Positions 10,801-18,976 of a stretch of DNA of 64,000 nucleotides are shown here, one piece after another. The number at the start of each line of letters is the position of its first letter. Within the stretch, counting starts at the first letter, position 1. The translations under genes and the position numbers were made by a program. Origin of the DNA: Candidatus Peregrinibacteria bacterium. Its GTDB lineage: Bacteria > Patescibacteriota > Gracilibacteria > UBA1369 > LOWO2-01-FULL-3. The notes under the pieces are model-generated. The model saw nothing but the letters and a program-made list of their open reading frames with translations, did no database searches and was not told the origin of the DNA. Location of the stretch: the NCBI GenBank assembly GCA_018655275.1, contig JABIJZ010000010.1, positions 9,274 to 73,273 on the forward strand, in the 5' to 3' direction.

Positions 10801-12006
10801 GCATTAAGCGTTGCAATAGGACTGGCTCAAAAAGAAGGAGTTCAAGATATTAGTGTTGTGTTGGCTATCGGGGAATTGGCTATATTCAAAATACGTAGAT
10901 TAGCCAAAGTATCTGATATTGAAACCGAAGCAAGAAAGACAATATTAGCAATTCAAAAAATAGAAAGAAGCATCAAAGCTTCAAGCGGAAGCATGGAGCA
11001 GCTATACGACATTGAAGCTTTAAAATACAACATAAAGCGTACAGCAGCAGTAAGCATTGCAGATTGTATAGTAGACCAATCCAGCAAATTGGATAGAGAA
11101 GCAGCTTACCTGCAACGTCCATTATTGGAAGGGGAGACAGCATCTCAAGCGAGACAAGCTATCGCAGACTTAGCCCAGCTCAAAGAAAACTACAATAGAA
11201 ATCAAGATCTGATAAAAGATCCACAAGCCTTAGCAACATTATACGAGCAGTTGGCGAAACTTCATTTTCTAGTAGGCAACCAAGAATTGTCAGAAACCAC
11301 AATGGAAGAAGGTCTAAGAGCAATCAGAAATCTAAAAATTGTTCAGCCTTTAGCAAGATTAAAGAGAGTCAAGGTGGAACTCTCAATAGCAAAAGAACTC
11401 AGAAAAAGCATGAAAGATCAAAAAAAATGGGACGTAGGTGAGCTTGAAAAAACAATCGGACTTTGCAAACAAGCTGCAGTTGAAACGAAGAGGAATAATC
11501 CAGAAGATATCTTCGTAGCAATTAACACCCTGTACCAAGTCCATCCTACAGCAATGTATGCGCTTGCTAAATTAAAACAATTTGAACGAAGTTTAGATGA
11601 CCCGACAGTAGGTCCAGAAGTGATAGCAGATGTAAAAGAAAAAATTGAAAGCGCATGGGCAATAATAGCAGAATCATTTAACAAAGTGAGGGACTTTGTA
11701 AGATTGGCTTCAGATAGACCTGCCAACGCTACAGTTGACCCAGAAGAAGACAAAGATTACCTGATAGAGCTTCCTTGGGTAGGCTTACTCTTAGAGGCAG
11801 CAAAACATCCAAAAATAAATCTTGATTTAGAACTTCCAGAAGGAACTGTGAGCATATTAGATATACATGCCATAGAATCAATTCTTCACCAATTTAGAGT
11901 AGATACGCGAAAAATAGAGAAAGACACCTCTCTAGAAGACGAAAGATGGGTAGATCTAATGGAAAGAGGACTTCAAAATCTTGAAGCCCTCTACGGAATT
12001 GAATAA
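7876..12006 (+). CDS. STAND / AAA_16-type NTPase with N-terminal tandem cyclase-homology-like domains and a C-terminal helical (TPR-like) region
   Basis: Walker A is [11 protein letters not shown] (about 9166-9189). Walker B is [18 protein letters not shown] (about 9483-9510), typical of AAA_16. The roughly 700-aa C-terminus is alpha-helical and repeat-like. The N-terminal 400 aa aligns by eye twice to the class III cyclase fold pattern. Confidence 0.6.
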   Translation: MGSEDQQDGDPKIPPVEQVADPRAIGETPFGNEEVDRVQGLDMESALDDLYDTENGSITAVLGIEKDNIIKTFPKGSAVLEVSYYGDIESSISQLCKIFGGESLPKNWESNGDKSSTQFVFRNKDQAVAAAAKINQNIGNIMSFGIGLGSGGITTSGGVAIKLGPIFDNVRTAIQNPQDGMVSVHSGLGVAENIPMNEEASQITEFKKFDFNAVTEQSIIHSLSLGLMEPLPTKEGVVATVIFPEYEVHRSSAPTMRRIKGLVNVFRNKNTRVTHAGRQMQIAIGGEGTPGEALKTLQKVYSYIKPYGLTVYLDYGEVDISQKKEDGRFELASGLIDIFKISALKPGCFASDRFVAVSGHVRNEELAQAQYTQHHQDVHEIDSIKRILYPDPSDIDGCRVTVGRYTELKAVQDNLEAFQENQTASVIVFKGTGGIGKTKIGRDETMKRAEDLGLSTVYFKQFEKERNNQGFVLKAFMKEIFDENPQFKSTFGDLYLFANGISTPEYEGHIRMLKQNKAHMLKRFHALMQETSVVISLDDLHWVDAYSLDVLVEGWLQYFDENSKQMLVLAGRTGEESIPYRIIAVLKKRCPALLKEFNLQPLDFQEEEKGLKKIDALVRNTLPEEWVGWETATIPVSFLRTIAAKSEGMPLIAEELTLFLTRGDNPKVTYDPAKKEVIAPAGIIDKSIEGKGVSAVVNTILQAKFSRLTDEEERMADYIIATGEISLDLFVVLLEHFGMDPAKVDEVLKSLKDKKIINLQPVVGFSHDLMRAARESHLKEQTGRLAQIAIECHKTLENTSAEIKEVTPAKLFELLLKAYEGLAHIDQEEAIGVRKIIVEKGLAAAQHQKKHHDNDAALATIKKLFEIIMPQEGVVNWSVVPEREGKDGLDKKIPLAEIQYELNKLAAEVHTRNGDHKKALSCIKEMEKLVVAYTEEGGGGEANFLDTREFLRRGILKLIAALSSADKTVILPAKAALSVAIGLAQKEGVQDISVVLAIGELAIFKIRRLAKVSDIETEARKTILAIQKIERSIKASSGSMEQLYDIEALKYNIKRTAAVSIADCIVDQSSKLDREAAYLQRPLLEGETASQARQAIADLAQLKENYNRNQDLIKDPQALATLYEQLAKLHFLVGNQELSETTMEEGLRAIRNLKIVQPLARLKRVKVELSIAKELRKSMKDQKKWDVGELEKTIGLCKQAAVETKRNNPEDIFVAINTLYQVHPTAMYALAKLKQFERSLDDPTVGPEVIADVKEKIESAWAIIAESFNKVRDFVRLASDRPANATVDPEEDKDYLIELPWVGLLLEAAKHPKINLDLELPEGTVSILDIHAIESILHQFRVDTRKIEKDTSLEDERWVDLMERGLQNLEALYGIE

Positions 12007-12026
12007 GTGAACTCTAAAAACAAAGT

Positions 12027-12242
12027 CTAATATCCTTTTGGATCAGGCATTGCAATATTTGTCACAGGCATTTGCATAGAGTAACTAGAATACATAGGCA
12101 TTCTATAAACTCTAAACACATCCGCTGACATGTCAGGAGTGTACGCTTTGTATAAGAACAAAAGCGATGTCACAAGTACACCAGTAAGCAATCCAAGCCA
12201 GAAAAGCATGAATTTGTGGTTTTGTGCTTTCTTTTCAGCCAT
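12027..12242 (-). CDS. Small single-pass membrane protein, hypothetical
   Basis: A 71-aa ORF with one clear TM segment (FMLFWLGLLTGVLVTSLLFLY). No homology recognised. Confidence 0.35.
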   Translation of the reverse strand: MAEKKAQNHKFMLFWLGLLTGVLVTSLLFLYKAYTPDMSADVFRVYRMPMYSSYSMQMPVTNIAMPDPKGY

Positions 12243-12553
12243 TTTTGTTTTGGTTAAATTTATTTTTATCTAACAATGTTATTATACAACAAAACGACTC
12301 AAGAAGCAACCCCTCAAGCTACTTAAAAAACACAACCCTGTATATAATTACAAACCTAATTTGGTCTTTGACAACTTACGTTTTTAAAATATCTCGCAGG
12401 GAGAAATTTGTTTGCTCGAGTATGGCATAAACCCCTTTAACCAGGAGGTTTGGGCCTCATTGATCTCAACAGATCAGAGAGTGGACAGACCGCTCTCTGT
12501 GAGAATATACAACTCAATCGAAACTTTAATTTAACCATTGGAAGGAGGAGCTC

Positions 12554-13879
12554 ATGCAGAGCCGACGCTTGTCGCGCCTGGGGCTCCTCGGAGCCCTTTA
12601 CTTCAGTCAGGGAGCCTCGCTTGGCTTCCTAACTGTTGCCATGATCGATTACCTCACTCGTGGTGGGGTACCGAAGGCAGAAATAGGGATGATGATTGGG
12701 CTCCTAACGATGCCCTTCGTCCTGAAGCTGTTTTTGTCCCCTGTACTGGGGCCAATCATGGATGCCAAACAAAACCACAAGAGATGGTTTATCGTCTGTA
12801 CGGTAGCGATGTCCGCTACCATCTTGGCGATAATACCAGCGATCGAGGGCCTGGCCCTCGGGTGGATCATCCTAGTGGGATGGATTCACAACCTGAGCAA
12901 GATGACCCAAGACGTCGCAACCGACGGCTGGGCCATCAAGTCCCTCGAAGATTCCGAGAAAGGTCTTGGCCAGACAGTCATGAACATGGCCAAACCACTC
13001 GGAAAGATCATTGGAGGCTCTTGGGTGCTGTACGTAACAGGTGTCTTGGACCTCAAGGAGGCTGGATACATCGTTGCCGGCGTAATATTGCTTCCCAGCA
13101 TTGTTGCGCTAAGCCTTCCTCGTGAGAAATCCGGGGAGAGCAAGGTACTCGAAGGCCTGAAAGAGATCCTTAGAGGTCTCAAGAAAGGCCCGTTCGCAAT
13201 CGCGTTCACAATGACCCTGTTGTCATTCGTGTATGCGATGGTGAGCCTTCCACACTCGGCTGGCCGTGTAGAAATACTTGGCCTGAACGAGGGAGACGTT
13301 GCGTTGCTTGAAACTCTCGAGGACGTGTTCGAGATCATCGGCACAATACTTGGAGGGATCCTTGCGGCTGTGATGGTGAAGAAGCTGAAAAAAGCTTTTG
13401 CCTACACTGTCGTAAGTCTCGCGGTAGCCTATGGCTCATTCGGAGTCATATGGTCAACCGTGGCCGCGACGTCCACATGGAAGATGTGTGGAATGGTCGC
13501 TATTTCCACCGGTGCGGGACTGGTGGATGGCATTTACAATATATTGTTCCTGACACTGTTGATGCTTGCTGCAGAGCAGATCAACAAGAAGAGCGTGGCG
13601 ACCGTGTTCGCCATCCTGATGTCGGGGATAAACATTTCACTGCTATCCATCTTCTACCCGCTAGGAGGATGGCTGGCGTCGAGTGGGAAAGTAACCTTTA
13701 CCGTACGGATGTTGAACCCCTTCGGTACATGGATAGACTTCCCGTACTCGACGACTCCGCTCATTGGTCAGTTGAGCATCACTGCTCCTGCAATGAGTCC
13801 AGGGGAAGTATTTGTTCTAGCAGCTGCATTGCAGCTCCTGATACTCCTCCCACTTCGGTGGTTCAAGCTCGGACGTTAG
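12554..13879 (+). CDS. MFS transporter, AmpG/PAT- or folate-biopterin-transporter-like
   Basis: Has 12 or so hydrophobic segments. LGALYFSQGASLGF and MTQDVATDGWAI resemble AmpG/PAT family motifs. A strong SD (GGAAGGAGGAGCTC) sits just before the ATG. GC is much higher than in the flanks. Confidence 0.75.
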   Translation: MQSRRLSRLGLLGALYFSQGASLGFLTVAMIDYLTRGGVPKAEIGMMIGLLTMPFVLKLFLSPVLGPIMDAKQNHKRWFIVCTVAMSATILAIIPAIEGLALGWIILVGWIHNLSKMTQDVATDGWAIKSLEDSEKGLGQTVMNMAKPLGKIIGGSWVLYVTGVLDLKEAGYIVAGVILLPSIVALSLPREKSGESKVLEGLKEILRGLKKGPFAIAFTMTLLSFVYAMVSLPHSAGRVEILGLNEGDVALLETLEDVFEIIGTILGGILAAVMVKKLKKAFAYTVVSLAVAYGSFGVIWSTVAATSTWKMCGMVAISTGAGLVDGIYNILFLTLLMLAAEQINKKSVATVFAILMSGINISLLSIFYPLGGWLASSGKVTFTVRMLNPFGTWIDFPYSTTPLIGQLSITAPAMSPGEVFVLAAALQLLILLPLRWFKLGR

Positions 13880-13905
13880 AGTCTGGGTACATATATAGAG
13901 TTTGT

Positions 13906-13940
13906 GGTGCGCGGGGGTAGCAAAAAAGCTCCCGCGCACC
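13906..13940. terminator. GC-rich hairpin between convergent genes, a candidate bidirectional terminator
   Basis: GGTGCGCGGG (13906-13915) pairs with CCCGCGCACC (13931-13940), giving a 10-bp stem. It lies between the MFS stop and the rubrerythrin stop. Confidence 0.5.
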
Positions 13941-13996
13941 TTCTGATTGTAGTGAAACTTTTTACAGAGAGCGGGATTCCTTTTTTTGTCGTACGA

Positions 13997-14572
13997 CTAA
14001 TAATTATCTTCTTTTATTTGAAAGTGAGCTTGCGGATGCAAACAAGCAGGACATTCTTCTGGAGCAGAACTTCCCTCATGCAGATAACCACAATTCAAAC
14101 ATTTCCAAGTGATTTTGTCCTCTTTCACAAAAACATTCCCCTCATCAAGATTTTTATATAATTTTTTGTATCTTTCCTCATGAGCCTTCTCAACTTTCGC
14201 AATAAGAGTAAACACAGCCGAAATTTCCAAAAACCCCTCCTCTTTGGCAATTCGTGCAAATTCAGGATATAGATCTGTCCATTCTTCATTTTCTCCCTCA
14301 GCAGATTCCTTTAAATTCTCAAGAGTTGTTCCAATTTTTCCAGCAGGATAAGTAGCAGTTACTTCAACTGGGCCACCCTCCAAAAACTTAAAGAATCTTT
14401 TAGCATGTTCTTTTTCATTCAATGCAGTTTCCGCAAAAATAGCCGAAATTTGCTCCAATCCTTCTTTTTTTGCTTGTTTAGCAAAATAATCATAACGCAT
14501 TCTCGCTTGAGATTCTCCAGCAAAAGACTTTAATAAATTTTGTTCAGTTTTTGTGTCTTTTAAGGTTGGCAT
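13997..14572 (-). CDS. rbr: Rubrerythrin
   Basis: The N-terminal ferritin-like di-iron domain (EQNLLKSFAGESQARMRYDYFA...EKEHAKRF) is joined to a C-terminal rubredoxin-like CxxC...CxxC (KCLNCGY...ECPACLHP). Confidence 0.9.
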   Translation of the reverse strand: MPTLKDTKTEQNLLKSFAGESQARMRYDYFAKQAKKEGLEQISAIFAETALNEKEHAKRFFKFLEGGPVEVTATYPAGKIGTTLENLKESAEGENEEWTDLYPEFARIAKEEGFLEISAVFTLIAKVEKAHEERYKKLYKNLDEGNVFVKEDKITWKCLNCGYLHEGSSAPEECPACLHPQAHFQIKEDNY

Positions 14573-14679
14573 ATGATTTGTATTAATTATTTATTAGACT
14601 TTGGTCTTGATTTTATGAGCCTATACATCATACAATATACATGTATCAACATGAAAAAGGGTGCAAACGGGGTTAGTCC

Positions 14680-15186
14680 CTAAGCCACCTTTTTCTTTTT
14701 GTATTCAATTTTGCTCTTGATGTTATCAACATCTAAGGATACACAGTACTTATTCCCAAGACTTTTATAAAGCGATGATGCAAATTTTTTATTTGGGAAT
14801 AATATTTTCTCAAAACGATTTTTCTTGATTAAATAGTCGACAACTTTTTTATAATCCCCATCACCAGAAACAAGGAGCACTCTATCGAACTCCACATCAA
14901 TCAGAGCTCTCATTATTTCAAAAACAACATCAGTATCAACATTTCCTTTTTTCTTTCCCATTAATGATTTTGTATGCTCCTTAAAAACAACAATAAATCC
15001 GGCTTTTTGCAGTTCATTGTATAATTCTTGTTGTTCCTCAGAAAGATATCCAAAAAAGTAATAAGCCTCTACAACTTTATACTTATCTCTCAAATACACT
15101 CGAAATCGCTTGTAATTAACGCTCCAGTTACTTTCATTAGTTCCAAGGTGCAAATTTTGCCCATCAATAAAGGCTATATTTTTCAT
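14680..15186 (-). CDS. NYN-domain (LabA-like) protein
   Basis: The start IAFIDGQNLHLG and the later LLVSGDGDYKKVVDYL are characteristic NYN/LabA acidic motifs. Confidence 0.7.
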   Translation of the reverse strand: MKNIAFIDGQNLHLGTNESNWSVNYKRFRVYLRDKYKVVEAYYFFGYLSEEQQELYNELQKAGFIVVFKEHTKSLMGKKKGNVDTDVVFEIMRALIDVEFDRVLLVSGDGDYKKVVDYLIKKNRFEKILFPNKKFASSLYKSLGNKYCVSLDVDNIKSKIEYKKKKVA

Positions 15187-15207
15187 TACTATTTTAAATA
15201 ATTAATT

Positions 15208-15283
15208 TGGTGGGCCTGGAAGGATTTGAACCTTCGACCAATCGGTTATGAGCCGACTGCTCTAACCCCTGAGCTACAGGCCC
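15208..15283 (-). tRNA. tRNA with CAU anticodon, either elongator Met or lysidine-modified Ile2; not an initiator
   Basis: The reverse complement folds as a cloverleaf: GGGCCTG TA GCTC AGGGGTTA GAGC A GTCGG CTCATAA CCGAT TGGTC GAAGG TTCAAAT CCTTC CAGGCCC A CCA. CCA is encoded. The anticodon stem lacks the 3 G-C pairs of initiators. The anticodon arm and variable region resemble E. coli tRNA-Ile2 as I recall it. Confidence 0.9.
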
Positions 15284-15431
15284 GAGAGAGCAACAAGAGA
15301 AAAGTTATTTTCTCTTGGAGGCGAACGAGGGCATAGTGTCGCAAGACACAGGCCCAAATTTTGAAAGAACAAATAAACAACGAATATCGCCAAATAGATT
15401 AGCAAATTCTCTCCCGAATAAAAAGAAAAAT

Positions 15432-15800
15432 TTATTCCTTAGTCTCCTCAGCAACCTCTTTAACAGGTGTTTCCTTCACTTCAGGCTCAGCTTTTGCAGC
15501 TGTAGGTGCCTCTGCAGGAGCAGATTTTCCTCCTTTTTTCTCCAACTCATTTAAAGCTTGTGCAATCCGCGATTTCTTGTGAGCAGCATTCTTAGGATGA
15601 ATGATGTTTTTCTTTGCAGCCATGTCGATGATCTTGTAAGCAAAAGGCAAAAATTTCTGCGCTTCCGCAAGTTTCCCCTCCTTTACAAGTGTCAAAGCTT
15701 TTTTAACAGTAGTTTTCAATTCTGCACGAACAGGGAAATTTCGAGCTCGATTTCTCTTATTTTGTTTGAGCTGTTTCTTGGCTGATTTGATAATTGGCAT
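15432..15800 (-). CDS. rpsT: 30S ribosomal protein S20 with an Ala/Glu/Lys-rich C-terminal extension
   Basis: MPIIKSAKKQLKQNKRNRARNFPVRAELKTTVKKA is a classic S20 N-terminus. Confidence 0.85.
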   Translation of the reverse strand: MPIIKSAKKQLKQNKRNRARNFPVRAELKTTVKKALTLVKEGKLAEAQKFLPFAYKIIDMAAKKNIIHPKNAAHKKSRIAQALNELEKKGGKSAPAEAPTAAKAEPEVKETPVKEVAEETKE

Positions 15801-15895
15801 TGAATTTTCGTTAAAATAAATAAACTAAATAAACGCGAGATGAGTTTATGCAAATGAAACTCCCAAGTCAACCTATTATATGATAAAATCTCGGC

Positions 15896-16483
15896 ATGTA
15901 TCAGTTAGTTTTAGCCTCAAAAAGCCCTCGAAGAATAGAACTCCTAAAAGAACTAGGAGCCAATTTCACCACATACAGCTCAAATTTCGAAGAAATAACA
16001 GGAGAAACCGCGCCAGAAGGCCATACAGCCGAACAAATAGCCATCCACAACTCCCTGGGCAAGGCCAAAGAGGCATCAAACCACTTCAAAAACGCCCTAA
16101 TAATAGGAGTAGACACTGTAGGAGAGTCCCACGGCCACATCCTAGGCAAACCAAAAGACCGAGAAGACGCAAAACGCCTCATCAGGTTGATTTCAGGCAC
16201 AACCCACAAAGTGGTCTCAGCAATCACAATCATCAATACCGTTTCCGGCAAATCCACCTCCACCGTCACAGAAACCCTCGTCACAATGGAAAAAATGGAC
16301 GAAAAAGACATCGAAGCCTACGTCCAATCAGGAGAAGGCGACGACAAAGCCGCTTCATACGCTATTCAAGGAAAAGGCGCATTATTCGTCCAAAAGATAG
16401 AAGGGGACTACTTCAACGTGGTTGGCCTGCCAATCTACACCTTAAAAAAACTTTTGAGGGAATTTGGGGTTGAATTGATCTGA
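15896..16483 (+). CDS. maf: Maf-like nucleoside triphosphate pyrophosphatase
   Basis: LVLASKSPRRIELLKELG, GKAASYAIQG and VVGLP are Maf family motifs. Confidence 0.85.
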   Translation: MYQLVLASKSPRRIELLKELGANFTTYSSNFEEITGETAPEGHTAEQIAIHNSLGKAKEASNHFKNALIIGVDTVGESHGHILGKPKDREDAKRLIRLISGTTHKVVSAITIINTVSGKSTSTVTETLVTMEKMDEKDIEAYVQSGEGDDKAASYAIQGKGALFVQKIEGDYFNVVGLPIYTLKKLLREFGVELI

Positions 16484-16504
16484 GTTGGAAATCCAAGTTT
16501 TGCC

Positions 16505-16590
16505 TCCCGGACAAGGGGGTTTTTTAAGTATTGTCCGGTACATGACCCCGGACAACACCTAGGAAAACGGGTCTTCCGGGACAAACACCA
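16505..16590 (+). promoter_or_regulatory. Conserved CCGGACAA-repeat element, copy A (second copy at 30176..30254)
   Basis: The core CCGGACAAGGGGGTTTTTTAAGTATTGTCCGGTACATGACCCCGGACAACACCTA matches copy B at 50 of 55 positions. It contains CCGGACAA-N16-TTGTCCGG (inverted) plus one or two further direct CCGG(G)ACAA copies. It sits just upstream of a TTGACA-17-TAGAAT promoter. Confidence 0.55.
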
Positions 16591-16610
16591 CAATTCCACC
16601 CCCAAACCCC

Positions 16611-16639
16611 TTGACAAAATCCACAAAAGAGTATAGAAT
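16611..16639 (+). promoter_or_regulatory. Candidate sigma70-type promoter for the SLH surface protein gene
   Basis: TTGACA (16611-16616), a 17-nt spacer, then TAGAAT (16634-16639), about 55 nt upstream of the ATG at 16693. Confidence 0.45.
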
Positions 16640-16692
16640 CGCCTCTTAATTTTAGTGCCTTTATTTCGTCAACACTCATAACCCTAAAAATT

Positions 16693-18396
16693 ATGAAACG
16701 AATAATATCAACAGTAATTGGGCTAGCAGTAATGCTCAGCTCAACAATCACAGCTTCAGCATTCGAGCTGATAGAGCTGTATTACAACGGTAGTTTGGAC
16801 AACATTATCCAAGTTCAACCAAACATACCAACAACAAACCCAATCATTACCCAAAATTCGAATCGAATCGTATTAAAAAACGTCGAGGCGAATCCATCGA
16901 AATTCGACCCATACGACGATGAAGAAACTGAAATCCAATTCAAGCTAAGAGAAAAAGCTAGAGTAAGCGTAAAAGTCTACGACGAAAGTTGGGACTACAT
17001 TACTTCACTAGCTAGAAACAAAAATCTAGGTGCCGGAACTCACGACTATGAGTGGGACGGACTTGATAACAACGATGATATAGTGGATGATGACACGTAT
17101 TACGTGAAAGTAATCGCAAAAACAACTGATGGCTACGAAGAGGATAGTTACATTGAAGTAGACGTAAAAGAAGGTTCAAGCCATTCAACAGTTGAACCAA
17201 GACTTCAGGATGTTTTTGTATCAAAAAAATCATTCGACCCAGGAAGAAACGAAGTAACTTTCTTCGGATTTACAGTTACAGCTGAATCTGACATAGAGGT
17301 TTCAGTATACGACGGAGGCAACAAAATCCGTGAGATTTATTACAAAAAAGACTACGACGAAGGAACATACGTAATAGCTTGGGATGGTAAAGACGACGAA
17401 GGAAACAAAGTAAAAGAAGACGAAAACTACAAGATCAAAATCGCTGTAGAAAACGACGAAGGCTCAGATAATGCGTCAGCAACAGTAAGAGTTGAAGATG
17501 ACTCAGAATACTCTACAAAACACCCAAACATCTACAACGACACAACACACCCTATAGCCTACACTCCAGACGAGGAAGACTATATGGAATTCGCATTCAA
17601 AACTTCAAAAGATGCATACGCAACAGTCATGATTTATGACGATGGCGAAAAGATTGCAGAGGTTTTTGAAGGCAACGTAGACCAAGGAAAAAGCGAAATA
17701 AAATGGTACGGTAACGACGAAGACGGTAACCAAATCACAGATGGTGTTTACGACTACAAAATCATCGCTGAAAACACAGCAGGAGACAGTACTGAATGGG
17801 GAAAATTCATGGTTGTAGACGGTTACAAAAACAACTACTCAAAGAAGTGTGGCGGATTCACAGATATCTACGAAGACGATGACTATTGTGAAGCTGTTAA
17901 ATGGGCTGCCGACGAAGGTATTTTCGAAGGATACGACGACGGATCTTTCCAATCATACAGAGGAATTAGCCGAACAGAAGCACTAAAAGTAGTTCTCGAA
18001 GCTCTAGACTACAAGATCTACGACTCAGACGGTTCAAGCCTTGGATTCTCAGACGTAAACAAGAACCAATGGTACATGAGATACATCCGTTCAGGGATGA
18101 GACAAGGTATCGTAGAAGGATTCAAAGACGGATCTTTCCGACCAAACAAACAAGTTTCAAAATCAGAAGCTATCAAGATGGTTGTAAACGCAGCTCGAAT
18201 AGCTATCCCAACTTGTACAGAGGCTCCATACTTCGATGTTCCTATGTTCAAATGGTTCACAAACGAAGCATGTTTCGTCAAAGATTTCGAATTAACAGAC
18301 GATGAATATTGGTTTAATCCAAAAGGATTGTATACTAGAGGCGAAATGGCGGAATTGCTCTACAACTTTTACAAAGAAGGTTTACTTGCGAAATAA
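16693..18396 (+). CDS. Secreted cell-surface protein: signal peptide, four FlgD-Ig-like repeats, two C-terminal SLH domains
   Basis: Signal peptide is VIGLAVMLSSTITASA. Repeats have the pattern VxVYD...G.H.Y.WDG.D..G..V.DG.Y.(K)I.A. The SLH motifs are FTDIYEDDDYCEAVKWAADEGIFEGYDDGSFQSYRGISRTEALKVV and FSDVNKNQWYMRYIRSGMRQGIVEGFKDGSFRPNKQVSKSEAIKMV. Confidence 0.8.
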   Translation: MKRIISTVIGLAVMLSSTITASAFELIELYYNGSLDNIIQVQPNIPTTNPIITQNSNRIVLKNVEANPSKFDPYDDEETEIQFKLREKARVSVKVYDESWDYITSLARNKNLGAGTHDYEWDGLDNNDDIVDDDTYYVKVIAKTTDGYEEDSYIEVDVKEGSSHSTVEPRLQDVFVSKKSFDPGRNEVTFFGFTVTAESDIEVSVYDGGNKIREIYYKKDYDEGTYVIAWDGKDDEGNKVKEDENYKIKIAVENDEGSDNASATVRVEDDSEYSTKHPNIYNDTTHPIAYTPDEEDYMEFAFKTSKDAYATVMIYDDGEKIAEVFEGNVDQGKSEIKWYGNDEDGNQITDGVYDYKIIAENTAGDSTEWGKFMVVDGYKNNYSKKCGGFTDIYEDDDYCEAVKWAADEGIFEGYDDGSFQSYRGISRTEALKVVLEALDYKIYDSDGSSLGFSDVNKNQWYMRYIRSGMRQGIVEGFKDGSFRPNKQVSKSEAIKMVVNAARIAIPTCTEAPYFDVPMFKWFTNEACFVKDFELTDDEYWFNPKGLYTRGEMAELLYNFYKEGLLAK

Positions 18397-18455
18397 TCGC
18401 ATCGCGCACAATGTGCGCACCGCGCGTTAACCACACGCACGAATACTGGAGGAAG

Positions 18456-18483
18456 AAAAAGACCCCTGAAAAGGGGTTTTTTT
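18456..18483 (+). terminator. Rho-independent terminator
   Basis: AAAAAGACCCCT-GAAA-AGGGGTTTTTTT: a stem with a GAAA loop followed by a T7 run, 60 nt after the stop at 18396. Confidence 0.7.
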
Positions 18484-18544
18484 CTAGCTCAATTCTATGG
18501 TACATTACGAGTTGATCAATAACCTCAACCTAACCTCACTCATT

Positions 18545-18973
18545 ATGGGAAAATTAAAAGGCTTATTCACAGGAGTAGTCCTTGGCGGAATCGCTGGGAT
18601 TTTATTTGCACCTAAAAAAGGTAAAGAACTCCGAAAAAACATCAAAAAAGACCTCGACGATGGAAACTACGGGCTCAATGTCCTAAAAGGCGCATTCGTC
18701 TCAATGGGCAAAGACGTAGGAAACTTCACAAGCGAAGTTGCAAAACACGAAGACGTAAAAGAATACCTAGAAAAGGGTAAAAAAAGCGCAAAAGATGTCC
18801 AAGACCGAGCAACACTTTGGCTAGAAGCAAACTACGGAATTACTAGAGAAGATGTTGAAGAAGTAAAATCTCAACTAAAAGACAAATCGAAAAAAGCAAA
18901 AACGAAAGCGAAAAAGACAATCAAGAAAGCCGAGAAAGTAGCAAAAAAAGCAGTAAAGAAAGCGAGGAAGTAG
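18545..18973 (+). CDS. YtxH-domain protein
   Basis: MGKLKGLFTGVVLGGIAGILFAPKKGKELRKNIKKDL is the canonical YtxH N-terminus. I chose the ATG at 18545 rather than the tracked 18497. Confidence 0.7.
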   Translation: MGKLKGLFTGVVLGGIAGILFAPKKGKELRKNIKKDLDDGNYGLNVLKGAFVSMGKDVGNFTSEVAKHEDVKEYLEKGKKSAKDVQDRATLWLEANYGITREDVEEVKSQLKDKSKKAKTKAKKTIKKAEKVAKKAVKKARK

Positions 18974-18976
18974 CCA

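Noticed and set aside
12421-12553. A possible riboswitch in the leader of the MFS gene (hairpins GAGG-TTTGGG-CCTC and CAGAGAG-N11-CTCTCTG)
   Set aside because: I could not match it to any riboswitch consensus I know (THF, ZTP, preQ1, fluoride, guanidine). Two short hairpins are not enough evidence, so it needs an Rfam scan.
12538-13920. Long alternative-frame ORFs (12538..13125 +, 12886..13344 -, 13450..13920 +, 12649..12870 -) inside the MFS gene
   Set aside because: These are typical stop-poor shadow frames of high-GC DNA. Their translations are Arg/Pro/Gly-rich with no membrane or domain pattern, whereas the 12554..13879 frame gives a coherent 12-TM transporter.
12420-15283. A tRNA-associated genomic island or integrative element containing the MFS gene
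   Set aside because: No integrase, recombinase or direct repeat of the tRNA 3' end was found. Rubrerythrin and the NYN gene between the GC-rich gene and the tRNA have native-like low GC. Only the single gene looks foreign.
18404-18418. Perfect palindrome GCGCACA-A-TGTGCGC just after the SLH gene stop
   Set aside because: It is a single occurrence within a short GC-rich patch. With a 1-nt centre it is a poor hairpin, and there is no second copy or obvious target gene. It is probably part of the 3' UTR structure ahead of the clear terminator at 18456..18483.
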